Below the pieces are notes generated by a model. That model had not been told where the DNA came from, ran no database searches, and saw only the letters and a program-made list of their open reading frames with translations. From the IMG/VR virus record IMGVR_UViG_3300033066_001722, positions 25,817 through 89,816 of that record: a stretch of 64,000 nucleotides of DNA; one strand, given 5' to 3'. Made by a program: the position numbers and the translations under genes. This DNA is from a virus. Its lineage: Duplodnaviria > Caudoviricetes. Below are positions 9,921-18,976 of this stretch, one piece after another (position 1 is the first letter of the stretch; the number at the start of each line of letters is the position of its first letter).

Positions 9921-10451
9921 TCACCTTCTACAAAACGAGTAGCTAGAGCGTCGGCACAACTCGCCAATATCGGCTTTGCTGTATGTTAGTAGATCCCACC
10001 GACGCGACTGACTCGCGATTGTCTGTGAAGCGCCGTCGAAGTCTGCGCACATGATGTTGAACCCATCACACGCAATATGACCTCCGCCGACGGTGTGTCC
10101 CAACTCATGCTTGATTGTGTAGATGAAGCGGTAAAGCCAGTCCCTGTCGCCTTGTTCGTAGAAGAGATCGCAGATCCTGATGATGCGATTCTCGTAGGTG
10201 CGAGAGGTCGCAGCGAGAGCGCCTCCAGTACAGCCTGAGACGTTCTCATGCCGGATCATGATCGACGTCCGAGCTATCCCGCAGTGTAGGATATCCTGGC
10301 AACGGAACTCCTCGAGCGCCTGAACAGCCTCGGTCTGCTGACCTGACTGGAAGGTATTCTCGACGAGAACGAATCGTATCGGGAGATCAAGGTCGATCTC
10401 CTCGGGGCCACAGGCAGAGAGGAGGAGGAAGGCGAGGATTAGGTAGTTCAC
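9921..10451 (-). CDS. lipoprotein zinc metalloprotease (metzincin-type)
   Basis: Lipobox LLLSAC, exact HExxHxxGxxH (HELGHTVGGGH) and Met-turn NIMC. Confidence 0.75.
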   Translation of the reverse strand: MNYLILAFLLLSACGPEEIDLDLPIRFVLVENTFQSGQQTEAVQALEEFRCQDILHCGIARTSIMIRHENVSGCTGGALAATSRTYENRIIRICDLFYEQGDRDWLYRFIYTIKHELGHTVGGGHIACDGFNIMCADFDGASQTIASQSRRWDLLTYSKADIGELCRRSSYSFCRR

Positions 10452-10487
10452 CTGCCATAGAGACAGGACAGCGATCGGCTCGTTTGA

Positions 10488-12461
10488 CTACAAACGGAAA
10501 CTATGAGCCCAGGCGCAGCGGAATCCGCTGTAGACAGTGCCGCCAGCTGCTCCACCATCCAGGGTATAGTTGGCTGGGTCTGCAGCTCCAGATCCTGCGA
10601 ACTCCACAACGGTGTCTTGCCTGTTGTAGTAGAACCCAGTACCGTTGTGCGTGGTCAGATTGAACTGACCTTGTGCCATACCAGAGCCTAGAGCCAGCGA
10701 GCCAGTCCCCCAGCTGGAGTAGGAGCCTGTGTTCAGGACTTCGAAGATAACGCGCATACGGCTGACACGTGCATTGGATGGCACAGGGGATTGTGTGAAC
10801 GTCCCTGTGACGGTTGTCCCATGGGAGTAGATCCCATTGACAGGGTGTAGCTGCGTGCCGACACCAGCAGCTGCACCACCTAGAGAATCGTCGCTGAAGA
10901 CCGTGAAGGTGAAGTCCCGATCTGTCTGCGTGTATGGGACGATATTGCCAGCAGAGTCGACCCAGAAGGTCGAGACCCACAGGTAGTCTGTGTTGCCGCT
11001 CTTGTACATGTAGCCGTCATCAGGCGCATCCGTGGACTTGGAGAACTCCAGGCTCGACCCATTGATCTTGGCGTAGACGTGATAGTGCGTCGAGGTCGAC
11101 AGTCCTCCAGTCGATGGGTTGATCGTCGTCGAAGTCAGATGTGCCAACGACTTGATCGCAGAGCTGACCGTCGCAGAGACGATCCCCAGCGGCTTGATCG
11201 TGAGCACGCTGTTGCTCGAACAATCGACGCAGCGCGTCACGACGTGACCGTATAGGATCAGGTTGCGGAACGTCTCGAGTGCAGTGGTACGCGCGGTCAA
11301 GGACGTTGTCGTGTTCTCGACGGTCGTCACACGACTCTCGACAGAGGTCACACGAGCGTCTAGACTGAAGGCAGCCGAGCATTTCACTTTCTCGACGAGC
11401 GGGATCTGTCCATTGTTCTGCGTCGTGACGATCGCAAGAGGCGTGTCGACCAATGTCGCTGTGAACCCTTGCTGGGTACCGTCCTGGGTGCCCTTCCCGT
11501 CCTGTGGGTAGGGTGGGTCAAGCGGATAGTCTCCGGTCCCGTAGTAGATCGTCGGGACACCATCCTCGTCCAGGTTCATCCGAACGACATAGACGGTATT
11601 GGCCAGGGGCAGGTTGATCGTTGCTGCCGGCAACGTGACCTGGACGATCCGGATCGCTCCACCGTCCTTGGGATCCTTATAGCCGATCAGCAGACTCTCT
11701 CCTCCTGGAATCGTGAGTGAGCCTGGCAGACCGACTTGGATGTTCGGTGTCGCTGCGATCGTCGCTGTCGACGTCTGAACGACGGGTCGAGGCATGATGT
11801 ACGCGGAGGCGACGCGAGAGAAGTGACTCTCTTCTCGCGGAGAACCTGCTTCCCAGACGGGAGTCTGTAGACGCCAGACCTTGTTCGTCTGCGCGATCAT
11901 CGAGCCATAGGCGAGCTCGACGATCGCCAACGGTTCTGCGAAGTCGTTGTTGCGCATCGTCTGCACGAGGTTCGAGACGATCGTTGACCCTCGCCAGTTC
12001 GTCCCAGAGACCTGCTCTGCGCTGCCGTAGACGAGGAACTCATATCCAGAGCGGTGGTTCTTGTACTCGGTATCTCCGAGTCTGTTGATGACCGCCTCGT
12101 CGAGCTCGATCTTCGACCGAACGCCGATGATGACCCACCGGATGTTCCCGGTCGTCGTGACGGCTGTGTTCCCCTGGAGGGACCCTGCTGTCGCAATCGA
12201 CGTATTGATCGTCGTATTCGAGCTCCAGGTGACCGCGTTACCGTCGTTGCAGACAACAGCTCCAGCTCCAATCGTGATGTTTGCACTCGGTGGAGACTCT
12301 GCAGTCACCGCAGGAGCACGTAGGACACCAGGCCCCCAGGTCTTCTGGACGCGCTTGAGTGCGCTGTCGACGTTCAAGAACTGCGTGTTCAATTCGTCGA
12401 CGACGGTCAGGCCCGTGTAGAAGTTGATCCGATCGTAGTGGGGTGTGCTTTGGCGTGTCAT
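10488..12461 (-). CDS. tail fibre/receptor-binding protein
   Basis: 657 aa directly after the wedge genes. Short coiled coil (ARVTSVESRVTTVENTTTSL) followed by a beta-rich G/S/T C-terminus. Confidence 0.7.
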   Translation of the reverse strand: MTRQSTPHYDRINFYTGLTVVDELNTQFLNVDSALKRVQKTWGPGVLRAPAVTAESPPSANITIGAGAVVCNDGNAVTWSSNTTINTSIATAGSLQGNTAVTTTGNIRWVIIGVRSKIELDEAVINRLGDTEYKNHRSGYEFLVYGSAEQVSGTNWRGSTIVSNLVQTMRNNDFAEPLAIVELAYGSMIAQTNKVWRLQTPVWEAGSPREESHFSRVASAYIMPRPVVQTSTATIAATPNIQVGLPGSLTIPGGESLLIGYKDPKDGGAIRIVQVTLPAATINLPLANTVYVVRMNLDEDGVPTIYYGTGDYPLDPPYPQDGKGTQDGTQQGFTATLVDTPLAIVTTQNNGQIPLVEKVKCSAAFSLDARVTSVESRVTTVENTTTSLTARTTALETFRNLILYGHVVTRCVDCSSNSVLTIKPLGIVSATVSSAIKSLAHLTSTTINPSTGGLSTSTHYHVYAKINGSSLEFSKSTDAPDDGYMYKSGNTDYLWVSTFWVDSAGNIVPYTQTDRDFTFTVFSDDSLGGAAAGVGTQLHPVNGIYSHGTTVTGTFTQSPVPSNARVSRMRVIFEVLNTGSYSSWGTGSLALGSGMAQGQFNLTTHNGTGFYYNRQDTVVEFAGSGAADPANYTLDGGAAGGTVYSGFRCAWAHSFRL

Positions 12462-13279
12462 GGGAGGTATCCGTCTCCGTTGAATGGCGGCAATGTCGTA
12501 TCTTTGTCTAGCATGGTCTTCTGTAGGGACAGCGAAGGTAGGCTCATGTCACCATCGATCGCGATCGAACCTACGACACCTACCCCTATGACCCAAGTCG
12601 AAGGGGCAAGCTTCGTATCTCTCGATAAACGAGAGCCTTCAACGATCCAGTACTTACTCTTCGCAGGCCAGAGGATCCGATATCGATCGACGTTCCGACG
12701 CAGGAGCTCTAACGTCCAGAGGATCCCCAGTAGATCTCCCTCGGTAGGCTCATACGAGAGCCGGACGACGAATTCGTAGGCGGGACTCAGATCTTGAGGT
12801 TCCAAGGCTGCGACGCCTATGGAAGCTGCACCGACGACGAAGTGGTCGTACTCTGTGAGGGGACCCGTCCCGAGAGTCGTCTCGCCTATGACGAGTGTAC
12901 CTATCTGGAACCTGTTCTCTGCCCAGCCATACTCGACCGCTGCCTGTCTCTGTGTCGTAAGGCGTATAGCCTCTTCAAGAGTCTTCGCCACACCCTTACC
13001 ACGATACAGTCGAGGTAGCTCTCTCCACAGCTTCTGGCGGACGTCAAGCCCGATCCAGCCAGGGAAGTCGGAGATGCCGCGCTCGACAGCGAGCTCTCGT
13101 AGTTGCGTAGCTGTCTGATCTTCCGCGCGATATCGCGAGATCTCGTCGAGGGTAGACGTCCACCGAGAGGTCTCCAGGTGAACCAGCTTGAGCAGATCTT
13201 CGAGCTCCCCATTATCCGACTCTCGGAAGTAGCGAGGGAAGTCGTCGAGTGCAGACGTATGATCGTATCGGTCAGCCAC
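12458..13279 (-). CDS. baseplate wedge protein (P2 gpI-like)
   Basis: Follows the gpJ-like gene. Pattern LRELAVERG...RQKLWRELPRLYRGKG..KTLE is typical of gpI-like proteins. Confidence 0.7.
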   Translation of the reverse strand: MADRYDHTSALDDFPRYFRESDNGELEDLLKLVHLETSRWTSTLDEISRYRAEDQTATQLRELAVERGISDFPGWIGLDVRQKLWRELPRLYRGKGVAKTLEEAIRLTTQRQAAVEYGWAENRFQIGTLVIGETTLGTGPLTEYDHFVVGAASIGVAALEPQDLSPAYEFVVRLSYEPTEGDLLGILWTLELLRRNVDRYRILWPAKSKYWIVEGSRLSRDTKLAPSTWVIGVGVVGSIAIDGDMSLPSLSLQKTMLDKDTTLPPFNGDGYLP

Positions 13280-14795
13280 GAGTCGCCCTCTGCATGTGGA
13301 CCGTCAGCGTAGGTGCGTACAGTTGACTCTGTTGCAGAGGTACTGCATCTCCCTGCGAACCGTCCGGCTTCGTGTAGAGCTTGCCTGTCTCATCCTTCAG
13401 ACGTACGCTCACACTGTGAACACCTCGGATCGGTTGGACAGCCTCATAGATCCAAGAGATGGCTACTGGTTGTCCGATGTCCAGGACCCAGCGAGGATCC
13501 GGGACGAAGACACGTCCATCGAGTGTGAGTAGCCCTCCAGCTCCAATCATCCGGTTGACGACCTCCAAACGAACATCTTCAAGGTTCGCGGCTGCCGTAC
13601 AGGTTACGTCGACCTCAACTTGTAGCCCGACGATCGCCGCTGATACTGTCAGGAGCCGGACAGTTCCACAGGGAGGGTAGATCTGCTTCATAGTCGACGC
13701 AATCTCGTCAAGGTCGCCACTTGGAAGAGTGGCAAGCTCTTTCGCGACGACGACAAGTACAGTATCGACTGGAACAACTGCCCACTCGGAACGAGTGATC
13801 GCCATTGCTCTTCGAGCGCCAGCCTGAAAAGCCGCATACCCATAGTCAGGGTTGGAGACGCTCCTCGCGTTTGTCACGAGCGTTCCGAGTGCAGCCTGAC
13901 GGATCTCTTCGATCGTCTCCTCATTCGCTCCGCCTACTGTATCCTCTGTCGAGAGGATCGAGGCGCGTAGCTGCGTACCGTCTGGTGCACTGATTTGACT
14001 CAGCAGTTGATTGACCAGGCCCTTCGGGACTCGTCCTGCCAAACCTGCGCATGTTCGCGCTGAGACCTCGACGGTCGCACCTGCTGGAGGGATCAGTCCG
14101 TTGACACTGTCTCCAAACTCGACGTAGTAGACACGCGATCCAGGAATGTCTTCTCGGAATCTCACACGGTAGTGACGATCGCTAGGCCCGCTCTCAAGGA
14201 GAGTAGCTTTGCGTGTCCAAACGACCCCGTTGACCTGGACCTTCAAGGAGTCCAAAGCGACGACCTGCTTGGAGTCTAGGCTTGCCTGGTAGGCAGGAGT
14301 CCCTGAAGAGATCGTCGTAGCTGCGGTCGAGGTTTCACCCTGTACCAACAGAAGGTCGACATAGCTCTGACCGGCAGGCTTGACGATGTCCGCTGTAGAC
14401 TCGAACACGACAGTCGTGCCAAGATTCGGATCCGACGATGCACGTAGCACCGGAATGATCAGTTCGGGCAGATAGTCGACACTCAGACGCGCCCTGACGG
14501 TCGCCGCCAGTGGGCCTCGATAGTTGTAGCCGTACGACGCTGCGATGTCTAGGATCGAGCCTGCTTGACGTGCTGTCAGCAGCAACCGTTCCTCCGCCTC
14601 CAGTGCAGCTGCGAGATAGAAGGTCTCTCCCAGAGAAGCGAGATAGTCGAGGAAGGCAGACGTCAGGTTTGTCTTGAAGTATGCCTTCTTCCCAGGGTAA
14701 TGCTGATCTAGGAATCCTCCAGGTCGGAAGAAATCGTCGATGATCTGGGTTGCACTCCGCCTCGTCGTATCTACTGTCGGCTGCTCTGTGCTCAT
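13272..14795 (-). CDS. baseplate wedge protein (gpJ/T4 gp6-like)
   Basis: YVEFGDSVNGLIPP, GGANEETIEEIR and RSVSNPDY motifs of baseplate J/gp6. Confidence 0.85.
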   Translation of the reverse strand: MSTEQPTVDTTRRSATQIIDDFFRPGGFLDQHYPGKKAYFKTNLTSAFLDYLASLGETFYLAAALEAEERLLLTARQAGSILDIAASYGYNYRGPLAATVRARLSVDYLPELIIPVLRASSDPNLGTTVVFESTADIVKPAGQSYVDLLLVQGETSTAATTISSGTPAYQASLDSKQVVALDSLKVQVNGVVWTRKATLLESGPSDRHYRVRFREDIPGSRVYYVEFGDSVNGLIPPAGATVEVSARTCAGLAGRVPKGLVNQLLSQISAPDGTQLRASILSTEDTVGGANEETIEEIRQAALGTLVTNARSVSNPDYGYAAFQAGARRAMAITRSEWAVVPVDTVLVVVAKELATLPSGDLDEIASTMKQIYPPCGTVRLLTVSAAIVGLQVEVDVTCTAAANLEDVRLEVVNRMIGAGGLLTLDGRVFVPDPRWVLDIGQPVAISWIYEAVQPIRGVHSVSVRLKDETGKLYTKPDGSQGDAVPLQQSQLYAPTLTVHMQRATRG

Positions 14796-15178
14796 CTTGT
14801 CTTCTCATATAAGGAGCTGAACGTCGTCTGACGAAGCTGCTGTGTCCGCGCACGTCTCCAGACGATCTGGATGTTGAAGCCTGCTGTCCCGGACTCCTGT
14901 TCGATACGCGTCACTTGGACCTGGATGACCTGCAAGTCTTTCAGATAGCGTCTAACTGCGATCTTGATGTAGACTCGAACCAAGACCTCCGAGACCAGCC
15001 GGACAGGCTCGTAGATGAGCTTGCGAAGCGGAACACCTAGATCGGGAGCAAGTAGACGCTCTCCAGGTTCCGTCATGACGAGATGGCGCAGAGCTTGCTC
15101 TGCAGCTGCGTCTGCATCGAGCTCTGCGAAGACTCCTGTCGGCCCGATCTCAAGAGGCCATTTCCACACACTGCTCAT
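14792..15178 (-). CDS. baseplate protein, gp25/gpW-like
   Basis: LVMTEPGERLLAPDLG..L..LIYEP signature. Confidence 0.88.
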   Translation of the reverse strand: MSSVWKWPLEIGPTGVFAELDADAAAEQALRHLVMTEPGERLLAPDLGVPLRKLIYEPVRLVSEVLVRVYIKIAVRRYLKDLQVIQVQVTRIEQESGTAGFNIQIVWRRARTQQLRQTTFSSLYEKTR

Positions 15179-15987
15179 AGAATGTCACGTAATGTCTGGA
15201 TGTCTGTGACGAATACGACCGCTGCTGCGTACTCCTCTGAGGAGGGTGCACCAGGAGCGCTGATGATCGCGTAGCTTTCCTCCCGCGGAAGATCATCGAT
15301 CCAGAGCACTCGAACACCTGCCAACTCAGGCAAGGTCAGACTGTCTAATCGACGCTGTATATCCTCCAACCGATCTGCAGCTCCCTGGATAGTGCGAGCA
15401 TTCTGCACGGCCAGTCCTTTGGAACCGAGAGAGCGAGAGGTGACGTCCAGTAGCGAATCGATCATCGCTGAGGCTGTCCCCAGCTTGGGGATCGCCTCTC
15501 CAAGTGAGAGCTCCTGATAGCTCGGAAGTCGTTGACGTGTCCGATCTAGCTCCTCTGGAGCGTCGTCCCACCGGAGACCGTCCAGTGTGATCGTTGTCCC
15601 TGTGAAGTCCGCCAGCTTGTCTGCCAAGTTGAGCAACGCAGCTGGGGTCGGCGCAGAGAATAGCAAGATCAGTCCGCTGAGCGTCTCAGACTCGATCGAA
15701 GTCAAGCTCTCCGTCAAGCGTAGGCTGAGTTGACTCCAGGTCTCGACATCAGACAAGGCAAGTGGGATGAAGGAGGCCATTTGGAGCTTTCGCTCTGCGA
15801 GTCCTCGTAGCGGACTCAGTGTCCTCTCCACATCTGAGATCTTCGACGCAAGTGCAGCTGTCCGCAGATTCGCCTGCGACATCGCAACGTCAGCTGCGAT
15901 CTTCGCAGCACGTAGCGGACCTGACAGGACCTCCTTCGCAGCAGAGATCGAACCAGGGATACGAAGAGATAGATCTGTGAACTGCAT
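15175..15987 (-). CDS. hypothetical baseplate-region protein
   Basis: Start MQFTD at 15987 (TGATG overlap with the spike gene), ATGA-coupled downstream. Confidence 0.7.
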   Translation of the reverse strand: MQFTDLSLRIPGSISAAKEVLSGPLRAAKIAADVAMSQANLRTAALASKISDVERTLSPLRGLAERKLQMASFIPLALSDVETWSQLSLRLTESLTSIESETLSGLILLFSAPTPAALLNLADKLADFTGTTITLDGLRWDDAPEELDRTRQRLPSYQELSLGEAIPKLGTASAMIDSLLDVTSRSLGSKGLAVQNARTIQGAADRLEDIQRRLDSLTLPELAGVRVLWIDDLPREESYAIISAPGAPSSEEYAAAVVFVTDIQTLRDIL

Positions 15988-17009
15988 CAGGTTGCCCTCA
16001 CCCTGCTTGTGATACACTTCGGGAGTGCGTCGTTGAACGTCGCACATCCGCTCACAAGTGTCGTACAGGCTGTCGTCGTAGCAGACGCCTGCGCTGTCAG
16101 CGCCGGTACTGCTGTACCCAGCGAGGTAGACAAGGTCCCCAGAGAGCCGCTCAGCGCTGATATGAGGTTCGCGAGGGATTTCAACAGCGTGACAGCAGGC
16201 TCAAGCAGGATGTACTGCCCAGGCGTGTCACCTTCCCCTGCTCCTAGCTCAACCACTCCGTCGACATATATCCCAGCCGACTTCAGACTGATGACAGCGC
16301 CCTTTTCCACGCGGATGGTGCCGCCCTCTGTCCGGATCGTGACAGGCCCCTCTGTGTCGATCTGGAGGGCCTTGGCGTGGAGGTTCTTGTTGCCACCTAT
16401 CTCCACATCCAACTTCCCCGCGATCGACTCCGACTTGTCTCCTCCGAAGGAGGACTCCGACAGCCCCTTGACCTGTAGGCTAAACGCTCCAGTGTCGACG
16501 GTGTAAGATCCGCGAACGACGTCTCGAACGGACCCGTCGTAGCTTGACTCGCGGGAGCCCTTGACCTCCAAGGTCTGATTACCTCCAACGAACGTCCGCT
16601 GTGAGCGAACGATGTGCAGGTAGTCCACGCCTCCGACCCTCGTGGTCGAGGAACCCCAAACGTTGATATCTCGCTCTAGCTTGATGTCGAGTCTGTAGGC
16701 TCCAGCGATTCGGATACGCTCGTCTGTGTTGCGCATGTCTCCAGCGTAGACAGGCTGAGCTGTCCAGACAGGGAAGTCAACGTGCCCGTTCTTGAACTGG
16801 ACGAATACGTTGGAGTTGACGTTTGGCCGACGCAGCTCGCCATGCTTGTTTCCGGTGTACGGGTACGCTCCGCAGACGGCCCATGGCAGGTCACTGGCGG
16901 TCAGTCGCTCATCATGGATGCCGATGACTCGGATCTTGAGACGTAGCCGATCTGAGGGATCATTGTTGTCTAGGACGATGCCTTCATAGAGGCCTGTGAA
17001 GCTGTTCAT
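15987..17009 (-). CDS. baseplate spike (gp5/gpV/VgrG-like, OB fold plus beta-helix)
   Basis: YEGIVLDNNDP..RLKIRV, LPWA and VFVQFKNGHVDFPVW, followed by short beta-repeats. Confidence 0.85.
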   Translation of the reverse strand: MNSFTGLYEGIVLDNNDPSDRLRLKIRVIGIHDERLTASDLPWAVCGAYPYTGNKHGELRRPNVNSNVFVQFKNGHVDFPVWTAQPVYAGDMRNTDERIRIAGAYRLDIKLERDINVWGSSTTRVGGVDYLHIVRSQRTFVGGNQTLEVKGSRESSYDGSVRDVVRGSYTVDTGAFSLQVKGLSESSFGGDKSESIAGKLDVEIGGNKNLHAKALQIDTEGPVTIRTEGGTIRVEKGAVISLKSAGIYVDGVVELGAGEGDTPGQYILLEPAVTLLKSLANLISALSGSLGTLSTSLGTAVPALTAQASATTTACTTLVSGCATFNDALPKCITSRVRAT

Positions 17010-18166
17010 TCGTGGAATCCCCCTCCCTTCATATAAGTGAAGGTCCGCTTCTTCGGGCCTGAGGTCACTTGCGCGTCGTGCTTGGCACCCTTCTCAACAG
17101 TCTCACGACGCGCGGACCCACGATTCAGGCCACCTCTCTTCATCTTGACCGTTGCCTCTATGAGGCTGTCTCCTATGTCATAGGAGACTTCAGTCGCAAG
17201 ATAGAGCCCCTCGTGAGCAGGATGGACTCCAACGACGTGGTAGTTCGCTCCCTTCACGATCTCTGTGTTCAGAGCGACTGCGTGAGCCTCAACGGTCCTC
17301 CAGCGTGCACGCTTGCTGTCCTCATCCGCCTTCTTCTGCGTGACGTCTTTCTTCTCTGGAGAGAGGTCGTGCGCAGGCTGCTCGACGATCTTCTCTCTGG
17401 CCTGGAAACCTCCTCCTTCGAGGAACTTGATCCCTGTCAGTTTGACCTTCGAGGGATTGCGAGCCTCTTTGGAGTTCGCATTCTCCTGCTTACCAGTCTC
17501 GGAGTTGATCCCGGTCGCAAGGATCGAGTGAGCCTCGCCATAGCTTGCCTTGGCAGTTACACTGAAGCTCTTCAAGTTCGGATGGTCTCCTCCGTATTCG
17601 AGCTTCCCAGTCGGAGGTGCATCGTAACCGATAGGCTCGAAGATGACAGTGCTAGCCTCGTCGATACCGAAGTGATAGCCTTCATCCTCCGCAAGATCCA
17701 TGATCAGATCTGCATACGAGCGATAGGCTTGATTGATCGTCCGCCGGACTACGGTTGGAGTGATTCGTGTCCGCATCCCGACTCTAGCCGCTATCGCCGC
17801 GACGATCTCGGAGGCAGTCTTGTTAACCCATGCATCTCCCGTCTTCCGCAGCATCGTATGCGTGCGACTACGGCAAGTCAGATGGACATCTAAGACCCCC
17901 TCGTACGCGTACTTAACCTTCGAGATTCTCAGAGATCTTCGACGAGACCACTCACCCTTCACACCCCAGACGAGGGTGAGCTCAGATTTCTCCTGCAGAA
18001 GAGGCTCGTCGGGGAAGCTCCATGGAGCTCCCTTGATCTCGAGACTGAGCTCAGTGGCCTTGCTCAGATCATCCTTGACGCTGATCTTCCCAACAGGCAT
18101 CAATCGAGGAAATCGCTGAAGGAGCGAACTCCCGTCCTCCAAGAGGATGTCGTAGAATCCGTTCAC
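17006..18166 (-). CDS. baseplate hub (gpD/gp27-like)
   Basis: WVNKTASEIVAAIA, TINQAYRSYADLIMDLA and position upstream of the spike. Confidence 0.8.
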   Translation of the reverse strand: MNGFYDILLEDGSSLLQRFPRLMPVGKISVKDDLSKATELSLEIKGAPWSFPDEPLLQEKSELTLVWGVKGEWSRRRSLRISKVKYAYEGVLDVHLTCRSRTHTMLRKTGDAWVNKTASEIVAAIAARVGMRTRITPTVVRRTINQAYRSYADLIMDLAEDEGYHFGIDEASTVIFEPIGYDAPPTGKLEYGGDHPNLKSFSVTAKASYGEAHSILATGINSETGKQENANSKEARNPSKVKLTGIKFLEGGGFQAREKIVEQPAHDLSPEKKDVTQKKADEDSKRARWRTVEAHAVALNTEIVKGANYHVVGVHPAHEGLYLATEVSYDIGDSLIEATVKMKRGGLNRGSARRETVEKGAKHDAQVTSGPKKRTFTYMKGGGFHE

Positions 18167-18525
18167 GTCTCCAGCTCCATAGCAGCTTGGATCCTAGCAG
18201 CTGTCGGGATCCTGTACTTCGTCCCTGTCGGAAGTCCTCTGAAGAACGCTTGGAAGATCTGTGTGATCTGATTCACATCAAGGATAGCCCACCATAGACG
18301 AAAGTCTCCGTAGACTCGGTGAGCTAGGATCGGCAGAGGAACCACCGCATCCATGACCATCTCTCGATCTGATGGATCTGGAGGCAGTCGTAGACTTGTC
18401 CGCCTACTCAGGTGTATGAGGCCCCTCTCGGTGTCGTTGATCTGGAATGTCTTGTACCATGCTGAGGTCTCAGCCATCGACGTCTCCCGTTCCACCTGTA
18501 CGAGATGCTGCTCCGTCTCGGACAT
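18163..18525 (-). CDS. LysM/gpX/gp53-like baseplate protein
   Basis: LAHRVYGDFRLWWAILDVN motif. Exact start uncertain. Confidence 0.75.
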   Translation of the reverse strand: MSETEQHLVQVERETSMAETSAWYKTFQINDTERGLIHLSRRTSLRLPPDPSDREMVMDAVVPLPILAHRVYGDFRLWWAILDVNQITQIFQAFFRGLPTGTKYRIPTAARIQAAMELET

Positions 18526-18976
18526 CCTTGAAGTTCACGACAGTATCTTCGACCACCTCAAATACGACCGACGCCGATGCGTGCTCTGGGTGTCCGCTCG
18601 GGTTGAACGCTGTGTGGTACTTCAAACTCACACTCTTGATCAGTCCGACTAGCTCGACGAACTCTCCGAAGATCAGAAGAACGTACGGTACCGTCTGCTC
18701 CACGACGCCATGTTCGTTGTCAGGATAGGTAAGCGCGAGCAGACGGTCTGTAGCCTTCGAGACCTCATCTTCTTCAGACCCATATCGGGCGAATTCCAAC
18801 GTGAAGTTGTAGCTGTGTTCCGATACAGGACCAGGTCGATTCCGAGGATTTGAGTGAAGGGGCACAGGCGAGGAAGCTGTGTTCACAGCACGCTTCACTT
18901 CAATATCCTCTGGGAGGTACTGAAACGTCACCTTCGATTGATCTCGAAGGTCGACGATATAGCCTTGGTAACTCAT
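18470..18976 (-). CDS. tail tube initiator (CIS-tube-like domain)
   Basis: FQYLPEDIEVKR, L..LTYP and VLLIFG...GLIKSVSLKY; position between the tape measure and LysM-like genes. Confidence 0.7.
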   Translation of the reverse strand: MSYQGYIVDLRDQSKVTFQYLPEDIEVKRAVNTASSPVPLHSNPRNRPGPVSEHSYNFTLEFARYGSEEDEVSKATDRLLALTYPDNEHGVVEQTVPYVLLIFGEFVELVGLIKSVSLKYHTAFNPSGHPEHASASVVFEVVEDTVVNFKDVRDGAASRTGGTGDVDG

